This document shows, piece by piece, positions 26,671 through 41,600 of a stretch of DNA of 64,000 nt (position 1 is the first letter of the stretch; each line of letters opens with the position of its first letter). The notes under the pieces were generated by a model. It saw only the letters and a list, made by a program, of their open reading frames with translations. It searched no databases and was not told where the DNA came from. A program made the position numbers and the translations under genes. The stretch is from Squalus acanthias. Lineage: Eukaryota. Where the stretch lies: the NCBI GenBank assembly GCA_030390025.1, contig JASTWF010000033.1, positions 4,094,001-4,158,000 on the forward strand, given 5' to 3'.

Positions 26671-29600
26671 CACAGACAGACTGGTGAAATATAGTAAGCA
26701 GTGAGGAGAGTAGCAGACTTCAGACGCAAACAGACAGACTGGTGAAATGTCGTAAACATTGAGGAGAGTAACAGACTTCAGGAGCACACAGACAGACTGG
26801 TGCAATGTAGTAAACAGTGAGGAGAGTAGCAGACTTCAAGAGCACACAGACAGACTGGTGAAATGCAGTAAACAGTGAGGAGATCAGCAGACTTCAGGAG
26901 TCACAGACAGACTGGTGAAATATAGTAAACAGTGAGGAGAGTAGCAGACTGCAGAAGCACACAGACAAACTGGCGAAATGTATTAAACATTTGGAGAGTA
27001 ACAGACTTCAGGAGCACACAGACAGACTGGTGAAATGTAGTAAACAGTGAGGATAGTAGCAGACTTCAGGAACACACAGACAGACTGGTGAAATGTAGTA
27101 AACAGTGATGAGAGTATCAGAATTCAGGAGCACACAGTCAGACTGGTGAAATGTAATAAACAATGAGGAGAGTATCAGACTTCAGGAGCACACAGACAGA
27201 CTGGTGAAATGTCGTAAACAGTGAGGAGAGTAGCAGACTTCAGGATCACACAGACAGACTGGTGAAATGTAGAAAACTGTGAGGAGAGTCGCAGACTTCA
27301 GGAGCACAGACAGACTGTTGAAATGTGGTAAACAGTGAGGAGAGTAGCAGACTTCAGGAGCACACAGACAGGCTTGTGAAATGTAGTAAACAGTGAGGAG
27401 AGCAACAGACTTCAGGAGCACACAGACAGACTGGTGAAACGTAGTAAAGAGTGAGGAGATTAGCAGACTTCAGGAGGACACAGACAGACGGGTGAAATGT
27501 AGTAAACAGTGAGGAGATCAGCAGACTTCGGAAGCACAGACAGACTGGTGAAATGTAGTAAAGAGTGAGGAGATTAGCAGACTTCAGGAGCACACAGACA
27601 GACTGGTGAAATGTAGTAAACAGTGAGGAGAGTCGCAGAGTTCAGGAGCACACAGACAGACTGGTGAAATATAGTAAGCAGTGAGGAGAGTAGCAGACTT
27701 CAGACGCAAACAGACAGACTGGTGAAATGTCGTAAACATTGAGGAGAGTAACAGACTTCAGGAGCACACAGACAGACTGGTGCAATGTAGTAAACAGTGA
27801 GGAGAGTAGCAGACTTCAAGAGCACACAGACAGACTGGTGAAATGCAGTAAACAGTGAGGAGATCAGCAGACTTCAGGAGTTCACAGACAGACTGGTGAA
27901 ATATAGTAAACAGTTAGGAGAGTAGCAGACTGCAGAAGCACACAGACAAACTGGCGAAATGTATTAAACATTTTGGAGAGTAACAGACTTCAGGAGCACA
28001 CAGACAGACTGGTGAAATGTAGTAAACAGTGAGGATAGTAGCAGACTTCAGGAACACACAGACAGACTGGTGAAATGTAGTAAACAGTGATGAGAGTATC
28101 AGAATTCAGGAGCACACAGTCAGACTGGTGAAATGTAATAAACAATGAGGAGAGTATCAGACTTCAGGAGCACACAGACAGACTGGTGAAATGTCGTAAA
28201 CAGTGAGGAGAGTAGCAGACTTCAGGATCACACAGACAGACTGGTGAAATGTAGAAAACTGTGAGGAGAGTCGCAGACTTCAGGAGCACAGACAGACTGT
28301 TGAAATGTGGTAAACAGTGAGGAGAGTAGCAGACTTCAGGAGCACACAGACAGGCTTGTGAAATGTAGTAAACAGTGAGGAGAGCAACAGACTTCAGGAG
28401 CACACAGACAGACTGGTGAAACGTAGTAAAGAGTGAGGAGATTAGCAGACTTCAGGAGGACACAGACAGACGGGTGAAATGTAGTAAACAGTGAGGAGAG
28501 TAGCAGACTTCAAGAGCACACAGACAGACTGGTGAAATGTAGTAAACAATGAGGAGATCAGCAGACTTCAGGAGCACACAGACAGACTGGTGAAATATAG
28601 TAAACAGTGAGGAGAGTAGCAGACTGCAGAAGCACACAGACAGACTGGCGAAATGTATTAAACAGTTTGGAGAGTAACAGACTTCAGGAGCACACAGACA
28701 GACTGGTGAAATGTAGTAAACAGTGAGGATAGTAGCAGACTTCAGGAACACACAGACTGACCGGTGAAATGTAGTAAACAGTGAGGAGAGTAGCAGACTG
28801 CAGAAGCACACAGACAGACTGGCGAAATGTATTAAACAGTTTGGAGAGTAACAGACTACAGGAGCACACAGACAGACTGGCGAAATGTATTAAACAGTTT
28901 GGAGAGTAACAGACTTCAGGAGCACACAGACTGACCGGTGAAATGTAGTAAACAGTGAGGAGATTAGCAGACTTCAGGAACACACAGACAGACTGGAGAA
29001 ATGTAGTAAACTGTCAGGAGAGTAACAGACTTCAGGAGCACACAGACAGACTGGTGAAATGTAGTTATCAGTGAGTAGAGTAGCAGAATTCAGACGCACA
29101 CAGACAGACTGGTGAAATGTCGTAAACAGTGAGGTGAGTAACAGACTTCAGGAGCACACATTTAGACTGGTGAAATGTAGTAAACAGTGAGGAGAGCAGC
29201 AGACTTCAGGAACACATAGACAGACTGGTGAAATGTAGGAAAAAGTGAGGAGATTAGCAGACTACAGGAATACACAGACAGACTGTTGAAATGTAGTAAA
29301 CAGTGAAGAGAGTAGCAGACTGCAGGAGCACAGACAGACTGGTGAAATGCAGTAAACAGTGAGCAGATTAACAGCCTTCAGGCGCACACAGACAGACAGC
29401 TGAGATGCAGTAAACAGTGAAGAGAGTAGCAGACTTCAGGAGCACAGACAGACTGTGAAATGTAGTAAAAAGTGAGGAGATTAGCAGACTACAGGAACAC
29501 ACAGACAGACTGTTGAGATGTAGTACACTTTGAAGAGAGTAGCAGACTTCAGGAGCACAGACAGACTGGTGAAATGTAGCAACAATGAGGAGAATCTAAG

Positions 29601-32600
29601 ACTTGAGGAGCACACAGACAGACTGGAAAAATATAGTAAACAGTGAGAAGAGCAGCAGACTGCAGAAGCACACAGATAGACTGGCGAAATGTAATATACA
29701 GTTTGGAGAGTAACAGACTTCAGGAGCACATAGACAGACTGGTGAAATGTAGTAAACAGTGAGGAGAGAAGCAGACTTCAGGAGCACAGACAGACTGGTG
29801 AAATTAGTAAACATCGAGGAGAGCAGCAGACTTTAGGAGCACAGACTGTCTGTTGAAATGTAGTAAACAGTGAGGAGAGTAGCAGAATTCAGGAACACAC
29901 AGACAAACTGGTGAAATGTAGTAAACAGTGAGGAGAGTAGTAGACTTCAGGTGCACATAGACAGACATATTGAAATGTCGTAAACAGTGAGGAGAGTAGC
30001 AGACTTCAGGAGCTCACAGACAGACTGGTGAAATGTAGTAAACAGTGAGGAGATTAGCGGACTTCAGGAGCACACAGACAGACTGGTGAAATGTCGTAAA
30101 CAGTGAGGAGAGTAGCAGACTTCAGGATCACACAGACAGACTGGTGAAATGTAGAAAACTGTGAGGAGAGTAGTAGACTTCAGGAGCTCACAGACAGACT
30201 GGTGAAATGTAGTAAACAGTGATGAGAGTATCAGAATTCAGGAGCACACAGTCAGACTGGTGAAATGTAATAAACAATGAGGAGAGTATCAGACTTCAGG
30301 AGCACACAGACAGACTGGTGAAATGTCGTAAACAGTGAGGAGAGTAGCAGACTTCAGGATCACACAGACAGACTGGTGAAATGTAGAAAACTGTGAGGAG
30401 AGTCGCAGACTTCAGGAGCACAGACAGACTGTTGAAATGTGGTAAACAGTGAGGAGAGTAGCAGACTTCAGGAGCACACAGACAGGCTTGTGAAATGTAG
30501 TAAACAGTGAGGAGAGCAACAGACTTCAGGAGCACACAGACAGACTGGTGAAACGTAGTAAAGAGTGAGGAGATTAGCAGACTTCAGGAGGACACAGACA
30601 GACGGGTGAAATGTAGTAAACAGTGAGGAGAGTAGCAGACTTCAAGAGCACACAGACAGACTGGCGAAATGTAGTAAACAGTGAGGAGATCAGCAGACTT
30701 CAGGAGCACACAGACAGACTGGTGAAATATAGTAAACAGTGAGGAGAGTAGCAGACTGCAGAAGCACACAGACAGACTGGCGAAATGTATTAAACAGTTT
30801 GGAGAGTAACAGACTTCAGGAGCACACAGACAGACTGGTGAAATGTAGTAAACAGTGAGGATAGTAGCAGACTTCAGGAACACACAGACTGACCGGTGAA
30901 ATGTAGTAAACAGTGAGGAGAGTAGCAGACTGCAGAAGCACACAGACAGACTGGCGAAATGTATTAAACAGTTTGGAGAGTAACAGACTACAGGAGCACA
31001 CAGACAGACTGGCGAAATGTATTAAACAGTTTGGAGAGTAACAGACTTCAGGAGCACACAGACTGACCGGTGAAATGTAGTAAACAGTGAGGAGATTAGC
31101 AGACTTCAGGAACACACAGACAGACTGGAGAAATGTAGTAAACTGTCAGGAGAGTAACAGACTTCAGGAGCACACAGACAGACTGGTGAAATGTAGTTAT
31201 CAGTGAGTAGAGTAGCAGAATTCAGACGCACACAGACAGACTGGTGAAATGTCGTAAACAGTGAGGTGAGTAACAGACTTCAGGAGCACACATTTAGACT
31301 GGTGAAATGTAGTAAACAGTGAGGAGAGCAGCAGACTTCAGGAACACATAGACAGACTGGTGAAATGTAGGAAAAAGTGAGGAGATTAGCAGACTACAGG
31401 AATACACAGACAGACTGTTGAAATGTAGTAAACAGTGAAGAGAGTAGCAGACTGCAGGAGCACAGACAGACTGGTGAAATGCAGTAAACAGTGAGCAGAT
31501 TAACAGCCTTCAGGCGCACACAGACAGACAGCTGAGATGCAGTAAACAGTGAAGAGAGTAGCAGACTTCAGGAGCACAGACAGACTGGTGAAATGTAGTA
31601 AAAAGTGAGGAGATTAGCAGACTACAGGAACACACAGACAGACTGTTGAGATGTAGTACACTTTGAAGAGAGTAGCAGACTTCAGGAGCACAGACAGACT
31701 GGTGAAATGTAGCAACAATGAGGAGAATCTAAGACTTGAGGAGCACACAGACAGACTGGAAAAATATAGTAAACAGTGAGAAGAGCAGCAGACTGCAGAA
31801 GCACACAGATAGACTGGCGAAATGTAATATACAGTTTGGAGAGTAACAGACTTCAGGAGCACATAGACAGACTGGTGAAATGTAGTAAACAGTGAGGAGA
31901 GAAGCAGACTTCAGGAGCACAGACAGACTGGTGAAATGTAGTAAACATCGAGGAGAGCAGCAGACTTTAGGAGCACAGACTGTCTGTTGAAATGTAGTAA
32001 ACAGTGAGGAGAGTAGCAGAATTCAGGAACACACAGACAAACTGGTGAAATGTAGTAAACAGTGAGGAGAGTAGTAGACTTCAGGTGCACATAGACAGAC
32101 ATATTGAAATGTCGTAAACAGTGAGGAGAGTAGCAGACTTCAGGAGCTCACAGACAGACTGGTGAAATGTAGTAAACAGTGAGGAGATTAGCGGACTTCA
32201 GGAGCACACAGACAGACTGGTGAAATGTAGTAAACAGTGAGGAGATTAACAGCCTTCAGGATCACACAGACAGACTGGTGAAATGTAGTAAACAGTGAGG
32301 AGAGTAGCAGACTTCAGTTGCACACAGACAGACTGGTGAAATGTAGTAAACAGTGAGGAGAATAGCAGACTTCAGGATCACACAGAGAGACTGGTGAAAT
32401 GTAGTAAAGAGTGAGGAGATTAGCAGACTTCAGGAGCACACAGACAGACTGGTGAAATGTAGTAAACAGTGAGGAGATCAGCAGACTTCGGAAGCACAGA
32501 CAGACTGGTGAAATGTAGTAAAGAGTGAGGAGATTAGCAGACTTCAGGAGCACACAGACAGACTGGTGAAATGTAGTAAACAGTGAGGAGAGTCGCAGAG

Positions 32601-35600
32601 TTCAGGAGCACACAGACAGACTGGTGAAATATAGTAAGCAGTGAGGAGAGTAGCAGACTTCAGACGCAAACAGACAGACTGGTGAAATGTCGTAAACATT
32701 GAGGAGAGTAACAGACTTCAGGAGCACACAGACAGACTGGTGCAATGTAGTAAACAGTGAGGAGAGTAGCAGACTTCAAGAGCACACAGACAGACTGGTG
32801 AAATGCAGTAAACAGTGAGGAGATCAGCAGACTTCAGGAGTACACAGACAGACTGGTGAAATATAGTAAACAGTGAGGAGAGTAGCAGACTGCAGAAGCA
32901 CACAGACAAACTGGCGAAATGTATTAAACAGTTTGGAGAGTAACAGACTTCAGGAGCACACAGACAGACTGGTGAAATGTAGTAAACAGTGAGGATAGTA
33001 GCAGACTTCAGGAACACACAGACAGACTGGTGAAATGTAGTAAACAGAGATGAGAGTAGCAGAATTCAGGAGCACACAGTCAGACTGGTGACATGTAATA
33101 AACAATGAGGAGAGTATCAGACTTCAGGAGCACACAGACAGACTGGTGAAATGTCGTAAACAGTGAGGAGAGTAGCAGACTTGAGGATCACACAGACAGA
33201 CTGGTGAAATGTAGAAAACAGTGAGGAGAGTCGCAGACTTCAGGAGCACAGACAGACTGTTGAAATGTGGTAAACAGTGAGGAGAGTAGCAGACTTCAGG
33301 AGCACACAGACAGGCTTGTGAAATGTAGTAAACAGTGAGGAGAGCAACAGACTTCAGGAGCACACAGACAGACTGGTGAAACGTAGTAAAGAGTGAGGAG
33401 ATTAGCAGACTTCAGGAGGACACAGACAGACTGGTGAAATGTAGTAAACAGTGAGGAGAGTAGCAGACTTCAAGAGCACACAGACAGACTGGTGAAATGT
33501 AGTAAACAGTGAGGAGATCAGCAGACTTCAGGAGCACACAGACAGACTGGTGAAATATAGTAAACAGTGAGGAGAGCAGCAGACTGCAGAAGCACACAGA
33601 CAGACTGGCGAAATGTATTAAACAGTTTGGAGAGTAACAGACTTCAGGAGCACACAGACAGACTGGTGAAATGTAGTAAACAGTGAGGATAGTAGCAGAC
33701 TTCAGGAACACACAGACTGACCGGTGAAATGTAGTAAACAGTGAGGAGAGTAGCAGACTGCAGAAGCACACAGACAGACTGGCGAAATGTATTAAACAGT
33801 TTGGAGAGTAACAGACTACAGGAGCACACAGACAGACTTGCGAAATGTATTAAACAGTTTGGAGAGTAACAGACTTCAGGAGCACACAGACAGACTGGTG
33901 AAATGTAGTAAACAGTGAGGAGAGTAGCAGACTTCAGTTGCACACAGACAGACTTGTGAAATGTAGTAAACAGTGAGGAGAATAGCAGACTTCAGGATCA
34001 CACAGAGAGACTGGTGAAATGTCGTAAAGAGTGAGGAGATTAGCAGACTTCAGGAGCACACAGACAGACTGGTGAAATGTAGTAAACAGTGAGGAGATCA
34101 GCAGACTTCGGAAGCACAGACAGACTGGTGAAATGTAGTAAAGAGTGAGGAGATTAGCAGACTTCAGGAGCACACAGACAGACCGGTGAAATGTAGTAAA
34201 CAGTGAGGAGAGTCGCAGAGTTCAGGAGCACACAGACAGACTGGTGAAATATAGTAAGCAGTGAGGAGAGTAGCAGACTTCAGACGCAAACAGACAGACT
34301 GGTGAAATGTCGTAAACATTGAGGAGAGTAACAGACTTCAGGAGCACACAGACAGACTGGTGCAATGTAGTAAACAGTGAGGAGAGTAGCAGACTTCAAG
34401 AGCACACAGACAGACTGGTGAAATGCAGTAAACAGTGAGGAGATCAGCAGACTTCAGGAGTACACAGACAGACTGGTGAAATATAGTAAACAGTGAGGAG
34501 AGTAGCAGACTGCAGAAGCACACAGACAAACTGGCGAAATGTATTAAACAGTTTGGAGAGTAACAGACTTCAGGAGCACACAGACAGACTGGTGAAATGT
34601 AGTAAACAGTGAGGATAGTAGCAGACTTCAGGAACACACAGACAGACTGGTGAAATGTAGTAAACAGTGATGAGAGTATCAGAATTCAGGAGCACACAGT
34701 CAGACTGGTGAAATGTAATAAACAATGAGGAGAGTATCAGACTTCAGGAGCACACAGACAGACTGGTGAAATGTCGTAAACAGTGAGGAGAGTAGCAGAC
34801 TTGAGGATCACACAGACAGACTGGTGAAATGTAGAAAACAGTGAGGAGAGTCGCAGACTTCAGGAGCACAGACAGACTGTTGAAATGTGGTAAACAGTGA
34901 GGAGAGTAGCAGACTTCAGGAGCACACAGACAGGCTTGTGAAATGTAGGAAACAGTGAGGAGAGCAACAGACTTCAGGAGCACACAGACAGGCTTGTGAA
35001 ATGTAGTAAACAGTGAGGAGAGCAACAGACTTCAGGAGCACACAGACAGACTGGTGAAACGTAGTAAAGAGTGAGGAGATTAGCAGACTTCAGGAGAACA
35101 CAGACAGACTGGTGAAATGTAGTAAACAGTGAGGAGAGTAGCAGACTTCAAGAGCACACAGACAGACTGGTGAAATGTAGTAAACAGTGAGGAGATCAGC
35201 AGACTTCAGGAGCACACAGACAGACTGGTGAAATATAGTAAAGAGTGAGGAGAGCAGCAGACTGCAGAAGCACACAGACAGACTGGCGAAATGTATTAAA
35301 CAGTTTGGAGAGTAACAGACTTCAGGAGCACACAGACAGACTGGTGAAATGTAGTAAACAGTGAGGATAGTAGCAGACTTCAGGAACACACAGACTGACC
35401 GGTGAAATGTAGTAAACAGTGAGGAGAGTAGCAGACTGCAGAAGCACACAGACAGACTGGCGAAATGTATTAAACAGTTTGGAGAGTAACAGACTACAGG
35501 AGCACACAGACAGACTTGCGAAATGTATTAAACAGTTTGGAGAGTAACAGACTTCAGGAGCACACAGACAGACTGGTGAAATGTAGTAAACAGTGAGGAG

Positions 35601-38600
35601 AGTAGCAGACTTCAGTTGCACACAGACAGACTGGTGAAATGTAGTAAACAGTGAGGAGAATAGCAGACTTCAGGATCACACAGAGAGACTGGTGAAATGT
35701 AGTAAAGAGTGAGGAGATTAGCAGACTTCAGGAGCACACAGACAGACTGGTGAAATGTAGTAAACAGTGAGGAGATCAGCAGACTTCGGAAGCACAGACA
35801 GACTGGTGAAATGTAGTAAAGAGTGAGGAGATTAGCAGACTTCAGGAGCACACAGACAGACTGGTGAAATGTAGTAAACAGTGAGGAGAGTCGCAGAGTT
35901 CAGGAGCACACAGACAGACTGGTGAAATATAGTAAGCAGTGAGGAGAGTAGCAGACTTCAGACGCAAACAGACAGACTGGTGAAATGTCGTAAACATTGA
36001 GGAGAGTAACAGACTTCAGGAGCACACAGACAGACTGGTGCAATGTAGTAAACAGTGAGGAGAGTAGCAGACTTCAAGAGCACACAGACAGACTGGTGAA
36101 ATGCAGTAAACAGTGAGGAGATCAGCAGACTTCAGGAGTACACAGACAGACTGGTGAAATATAGTAAACAGTGAGGAGAGTAGCAGACTGCAGAAGCACA
36201 CAGACAAACTGGCGAAATGTATTAAACAGTTTGGAGAGTAACAGACTACAGGAGCACACAGACAGACTTGCGAAATGTATTAAACAGTTTGGAGAGTAAC
36301 AGACTTCAGGAGCACACAGACAGACTGGTGAAATGTAGTAAACAGTGAGGAGAGTAGCAGACTTCAGTTGCACACAGACAGACTGGTGAAATGTAGTAAA
36401 CAGTGAGGAGAATAGCAGACTTCAGGATCACACAGAGAGACTGGTGAAATGTAGTAAAGAGTGAGGAGATTAGCAGACTTCAGGAGCACACAGACAGACT
36501 GGTGAAATGTAGTAAACAGTGAGGAGATCAGCAGACTTCGGAAGCACAGACAGACTGGTGAAATGTAGTAAAGAGTGAGGAGATTAGCAGACTTCAGGAG
36601 CACACAGACAGACTGGTGAAATGTAGTAAACAGTGAGGAGAGTCGCAGAGTTCAGGAGCACACAGACAGACTGGTGAAATATAGTAAGCAGTGAGGAGAG
36701 TAGCAGACTTCAGACGCAAACAGACAGACTGGTGAAATGTCGTAAACATTGAGGAGAGTAACAGACTTCAGGAGCACACAGACAGACTGGTGCAATGTAG
36801 TAAACAGTGAGGAGAGTAGCAGACTTCAAGAGCACACAGACAGACTGGTGAAATGCAGTAAACAGTGAGGAGATCAGCAGACTTCAGGAGTACACAGACA
36901 GACTGGTGAAATATAGTAAACAGTGAGGAGAGTAGCAGACTGCAGAAGCACACAGACAAACTGGCGAAATGTATTAAACAGTTTGGAGAGTAACAGACTT
37001 CAGGAGCACACAGACAGACTGGTGAAATGTAGTAAACAGTGAGGATAGTAGCAGACTTCAGGAACACACAGACAGACTGGTGAAATGTAGTAAACAGAGA
37101 TGAGAGTATCAGAATTCAGGAGCACACAGTCAGACTGGTGACATGTAATAAACAATGAGGAGAGTATCAGACTTCAGGAGCACACAGACAGACTGGTGAA
37201 ATGTCGTAAACAGTGAGGAGAGTAGCAGACTTGAGGATCACACAGACAGACTGGTGAAATGTAGAAAACACTGAGGAGAGTCGCAGACTTCAGGAGCACA
37301 GACAGACTGTTGAAATGTGGTAAACAGTGAGGAGAGTAGCAGACTTCAGGAGCACACAGACAGGCTTGTGAAATGTAGTAAACAGTGAGGAGAGCAACAG
37401 ACTTCAGGAGCACACAGACAGACTGGTGAAACGTAGTAAAGAGTGAGGAGATTAGCAGACTTCAGGAGAACACAGACAGACTGGTGAAATGTAGTAAACA
37501 GTGAGGAGAGTAGCAGACTTCAGGAGCACACAGACAGACTGGTGAAATGTAGTAAACAGTGAGGAGAGCAGCAGACTGCAGGAGCACACAGACAGACTGG
37601 CGAAATGTATTAAACAGTTTGGAGAGTAACAGACTTCAGGAGCACACAGACAGACTGGTGAAATGTAGTAAACAGTGAGGATAGTAGCAGACTTCAGGAA
37701 CACACAGACTGACCGGTGAAATGTAGTAAACAGTGAGGAGAGTAGCAGGCTGCAGAAGCACACAGACAGACTGGCGAAATGTATTAAACAGTTTGGAGAG
37801 TAACAGACTACAGGAGCACACAGACAGACTTGCGAAATGTATTAAACAGTTTGGAGAGTAACAGACTTCAGGAGCACACAGACAGACTGGTGAAATGTAG
37901 TAAACAGTGAGGAGAGTAGCAGACTTCAGTTGCACACAGACAGACTGGTGAAATGTAGTAAACAGTGAGGAGAATAGCAGACTTCAGGATCACACAGAGA
38001 GACTGGTGAAATGTAGTAAAGAGTGAGGAGATTAGCAGACTTCAGGAGCACACAGACAGACTGGTGAAATGTAGTAAACAGTGAGGAGATCAGCAGACTT
38101 CGGAAGCACAGACAGACTGGTGAAATGTAGTAAAGAGTGAGGAGATTAGCAGACTTCAGGAGCACACAGACAGACTGGTGAAATGTAGTAAACAGTGAGG
38201 AGAGTCGCAGAGTTCAGGAGCACACAGACAGACTGGTGAAATATAGTAAGCAGTGAGGAGAGTAGCAGACTTCAGACGCAAACAGACAGACTGGTGCAAT
38301 GTAGTAAACAGTGAGGAGAGTAGCAGACTTCAAGAGCACACAGACAGACTGGTGAAATGCAGTAAACAGTGAGGAGATCAGCAGACTTCAGGAGTACACA
38401 GACAGACTGGTGAAATATAGTAAACAGTGAGGAGAGTAGCAGACTGCAGAAGCACACAGACAAACTGGCGAAATGTATTAAACAGTTTGGAGAGTAACAG
38501 ACTTCAGGAGCACACAGACAGACTGGTGAAATGTAGTAAACAGTGAGGATAGTAGCAGACTTCAGGAACACACAGACAGACTGGTGAAATGTAGTAAACA

Positions 38601-41600
38601 GTGATGAGAGTATCAGAATTCAGGAGCACACAGTCAGACTGGTGAAATGTAATAAACAATGAGGAGAGTATCAGACTTCAGGAGCACACAGACAGACTGG
38701 TGAAATGTCGTAAACAGTGAGGAGAGTAGCAGACTTGAGGATCACACAGACAGACTGGTGAAATGTAGAAAACAGTGAGGAGAGTCGCAGACTTCAGGAG
38801 CACAGACAGACTGTTGAAATGTGGTAAACAGTGAGGAGAGTAGCAGACTTCAGGAGCACACAGACAGGCTTGTGAAATGTAGGAAACAGTGAGGAGAGCA
38901 ACAGACTTCAAGAGCACACAGACAGACTGGTGAAATGTAGTAAACAGTGAGGAGATCAGCAGACTTCAGGAGCACACAGACAGACTGGTGAAATATAGTG
39001 AACAGTGAGGAGAGTAGCAGACTGCAGAAGCACACAGACAGACTGGCGAAATGTATTAAACAGTTTGGAGAGTAACAGACTACAGGAGCACACAGACAGA
39101 CTTGCGAAATGTATTAAACAGTTTGGAGAGTAACAGACTTCAGGAGCACACAGACTGACCGGTGAAATGTAGTAAACAGTGAGGAGATTAGCAGACTTCA
39201 GGAACACACAGACAGACTGGAGAAATGTAGTAAACTGTCAGGAGAGTAACAGACTTCAGGAGCACACAGACAGACTGGTGAAATGTAGTTATCAGTGAGG
39301 AGAGTAGCAGAATTCAGACGCACACAGACAGACTGGTGAAATGTAGTAAACAGTGAGGTGAGTAACAGACATCAGGAGCACACATTTAGACTGGTGAAAT
39401 GTAGTAAACAGTGAGGAGAGCAGCAGACTTCAGGAACACATAGACAGACTGGTGAAATGTAGGAAAAAGTGAGGAGATTAGCAGACTACAGGAACACATA
39501 GACAGTCTGTTGAAATGTAGTAAACAGTGAGCAGAGCAGCAGACTTCAGGAGCACACAGACAGACTGGCGAAATGTAATATACAGTTTGGAGAGTAACAG
39601 ACTTCAGGAGCACATAGACAGACTGGTGAAATGTAGTAAACAGTGAGGAGAGAAGCAGACTTCAGGAGCACACAGACAGACTGGTGAAATGTTGTAATCA
39701 GTGAGGAGAGTAACAGACTTCAGGAGCACACAGATAGACTGGTGAAATGCAGTAACATTGAGGAGAGTAGTCGAATTCAGCAGCACACAGACAGCCTGGT
39801 GAAATGCAGCAAACAGTGAGGAGATTAGCAGAATTCAGACGCAAACAGACAGACTGGTGAAATGTAGTAAACAGTGAGGAGAGTATCAGACTTCAGGAGC
39901 ACACAGACAGACTGCTGAAATGTAGTAAACAGTGAGGAGAGAAACAGACTTCAGGAAGACACAGACAGACTGGTGAAATGTAGTAAACAGTGAGGAGAGT
40001 ACCAGACTTCAGGAGCACACAGACAGACTTGTGAAATGTAGTAAACTGTGAGGAGAGCAGCAGACTTCAGGAACAGACAGACAACCATATGAAATGTAGT
40101 AAACAGTGAGGAGAGCAGCAGACTTCAGGAGCACACAGACAGACTGGTGAAATGTAGCAAACAGTGAAGAGAGTACCAGACTTCAGGAGCACACAGACAG
40201 ACTGGTGAAATGTAGTTATCAGTGAGGAGAGTAGCAGAATTCAGACGCACACAGACGGACTGGTGAAATGTAGTAAACAGTGAGGTGAGTAACAGACTTC
40301 AGGAGCCCACATTTAGACTGGTGAAATGTAGTAAACAGTGAGGAGAGTAACATACTTCAGGAGCACACAGATAGACTGGTGAAATGCAGTAAACATTGAG
40401 GAGTTTAGCAGACATCAGGAGCACACAGACAGACTGGTGAAATGCTGTAAAGAGTGCAGAGAGTAGCAGACTTCAGGAACACACAGACAGACTGGTGAAA
40501 TGTAGTAAACAGTGATGAGAGTATCAGACTTCAGGAGCACACAGACAGACTGGTGAAATGTCGTAAACAGTGAGGAGAGTAACAGACTTCAGGAGCACAA
40601 AGACAGACTGGTGAAATGTAATAAACAGTGAAGAGAGTAACAGACTTCAGGAAGACACAGACAGACTGGTGAAATATAGTAAACACTGAGGAGAGTAACA
40701 GATTTCAGGAGCACACAGACAGACTGGTGAAACGTAGTAAACAGTGAAGAGAGTACCAGACTTCAGCAGCTCACAGACAGACTCGTGAAATGTAGTAAAC
40801 AGTGAGGAGAGCAGCAGACTTCAGGAGCACACAAACAGACTGGTGAAATGTAGCAAACAGTGAGGAAAGTAGCAGACTTCAGGAGCACACAGACAGACTG
40901 GTGAAATGTAGTAAACAGTGAGGAGAGTAACAGACTTCAGGAGCACAGACAGCCTGCTCAAATGTAGTAAACAGTGAGGAGAGTAGCAGTCTTCAGGAGC
41001 AAACAGATAGACTGGTGAAATGTCGGAAACAGTGAGGAGAGCATCAGACTTCAGGAGGACACAGAGAGACTGGCGAAATGTAGTAAAAGTGAGGAGAGTA
41101 CCAGACTTCAGGAACACACAGACAGACTGGTGAAATGTAGTAAACACTGAGGAGAGTAGCAGACTTCAGGAGCACACAAACAGACTGGTGAAATGTAGCA
41201 AACAGTGAGGAAAGTAGCAGACTTCAGGAGCACACAGTCAGACTGGTGAAATGTAGTAAACATTGAGGAGAGTAGCAGACTTCAGGAGCACACAGACAGA
41301 CTGGTGAAATGTAGTAAACAGTGAGGAGAGCAGCAGACTTCAGGAGCACAGACAGACTGGTGAAATGTAGTAAACATCGAGGAGAGCAGCAGACTTTAGG
41401 AGCACAGACAGTCTGTTGAAATGTAGTAAACAGTGAGGAGAGTAGCAGAATTCAGGAACACACAGACAAACTGGTGAAATGTAGTAAACAGTGAGGAGAG
41501 TAGTAGACTTCAGGTGTACATAGACAGACATATTGAAATGTCGTAAACAGTGAGGAGAGTAGCAGACTTCAGGAGCACACAGACAGACTGGTGAAATGTA

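Noticed and set aside
25549..26805. ORFs spanning the N run
   Set aside because: Artefacts of translating N as X.
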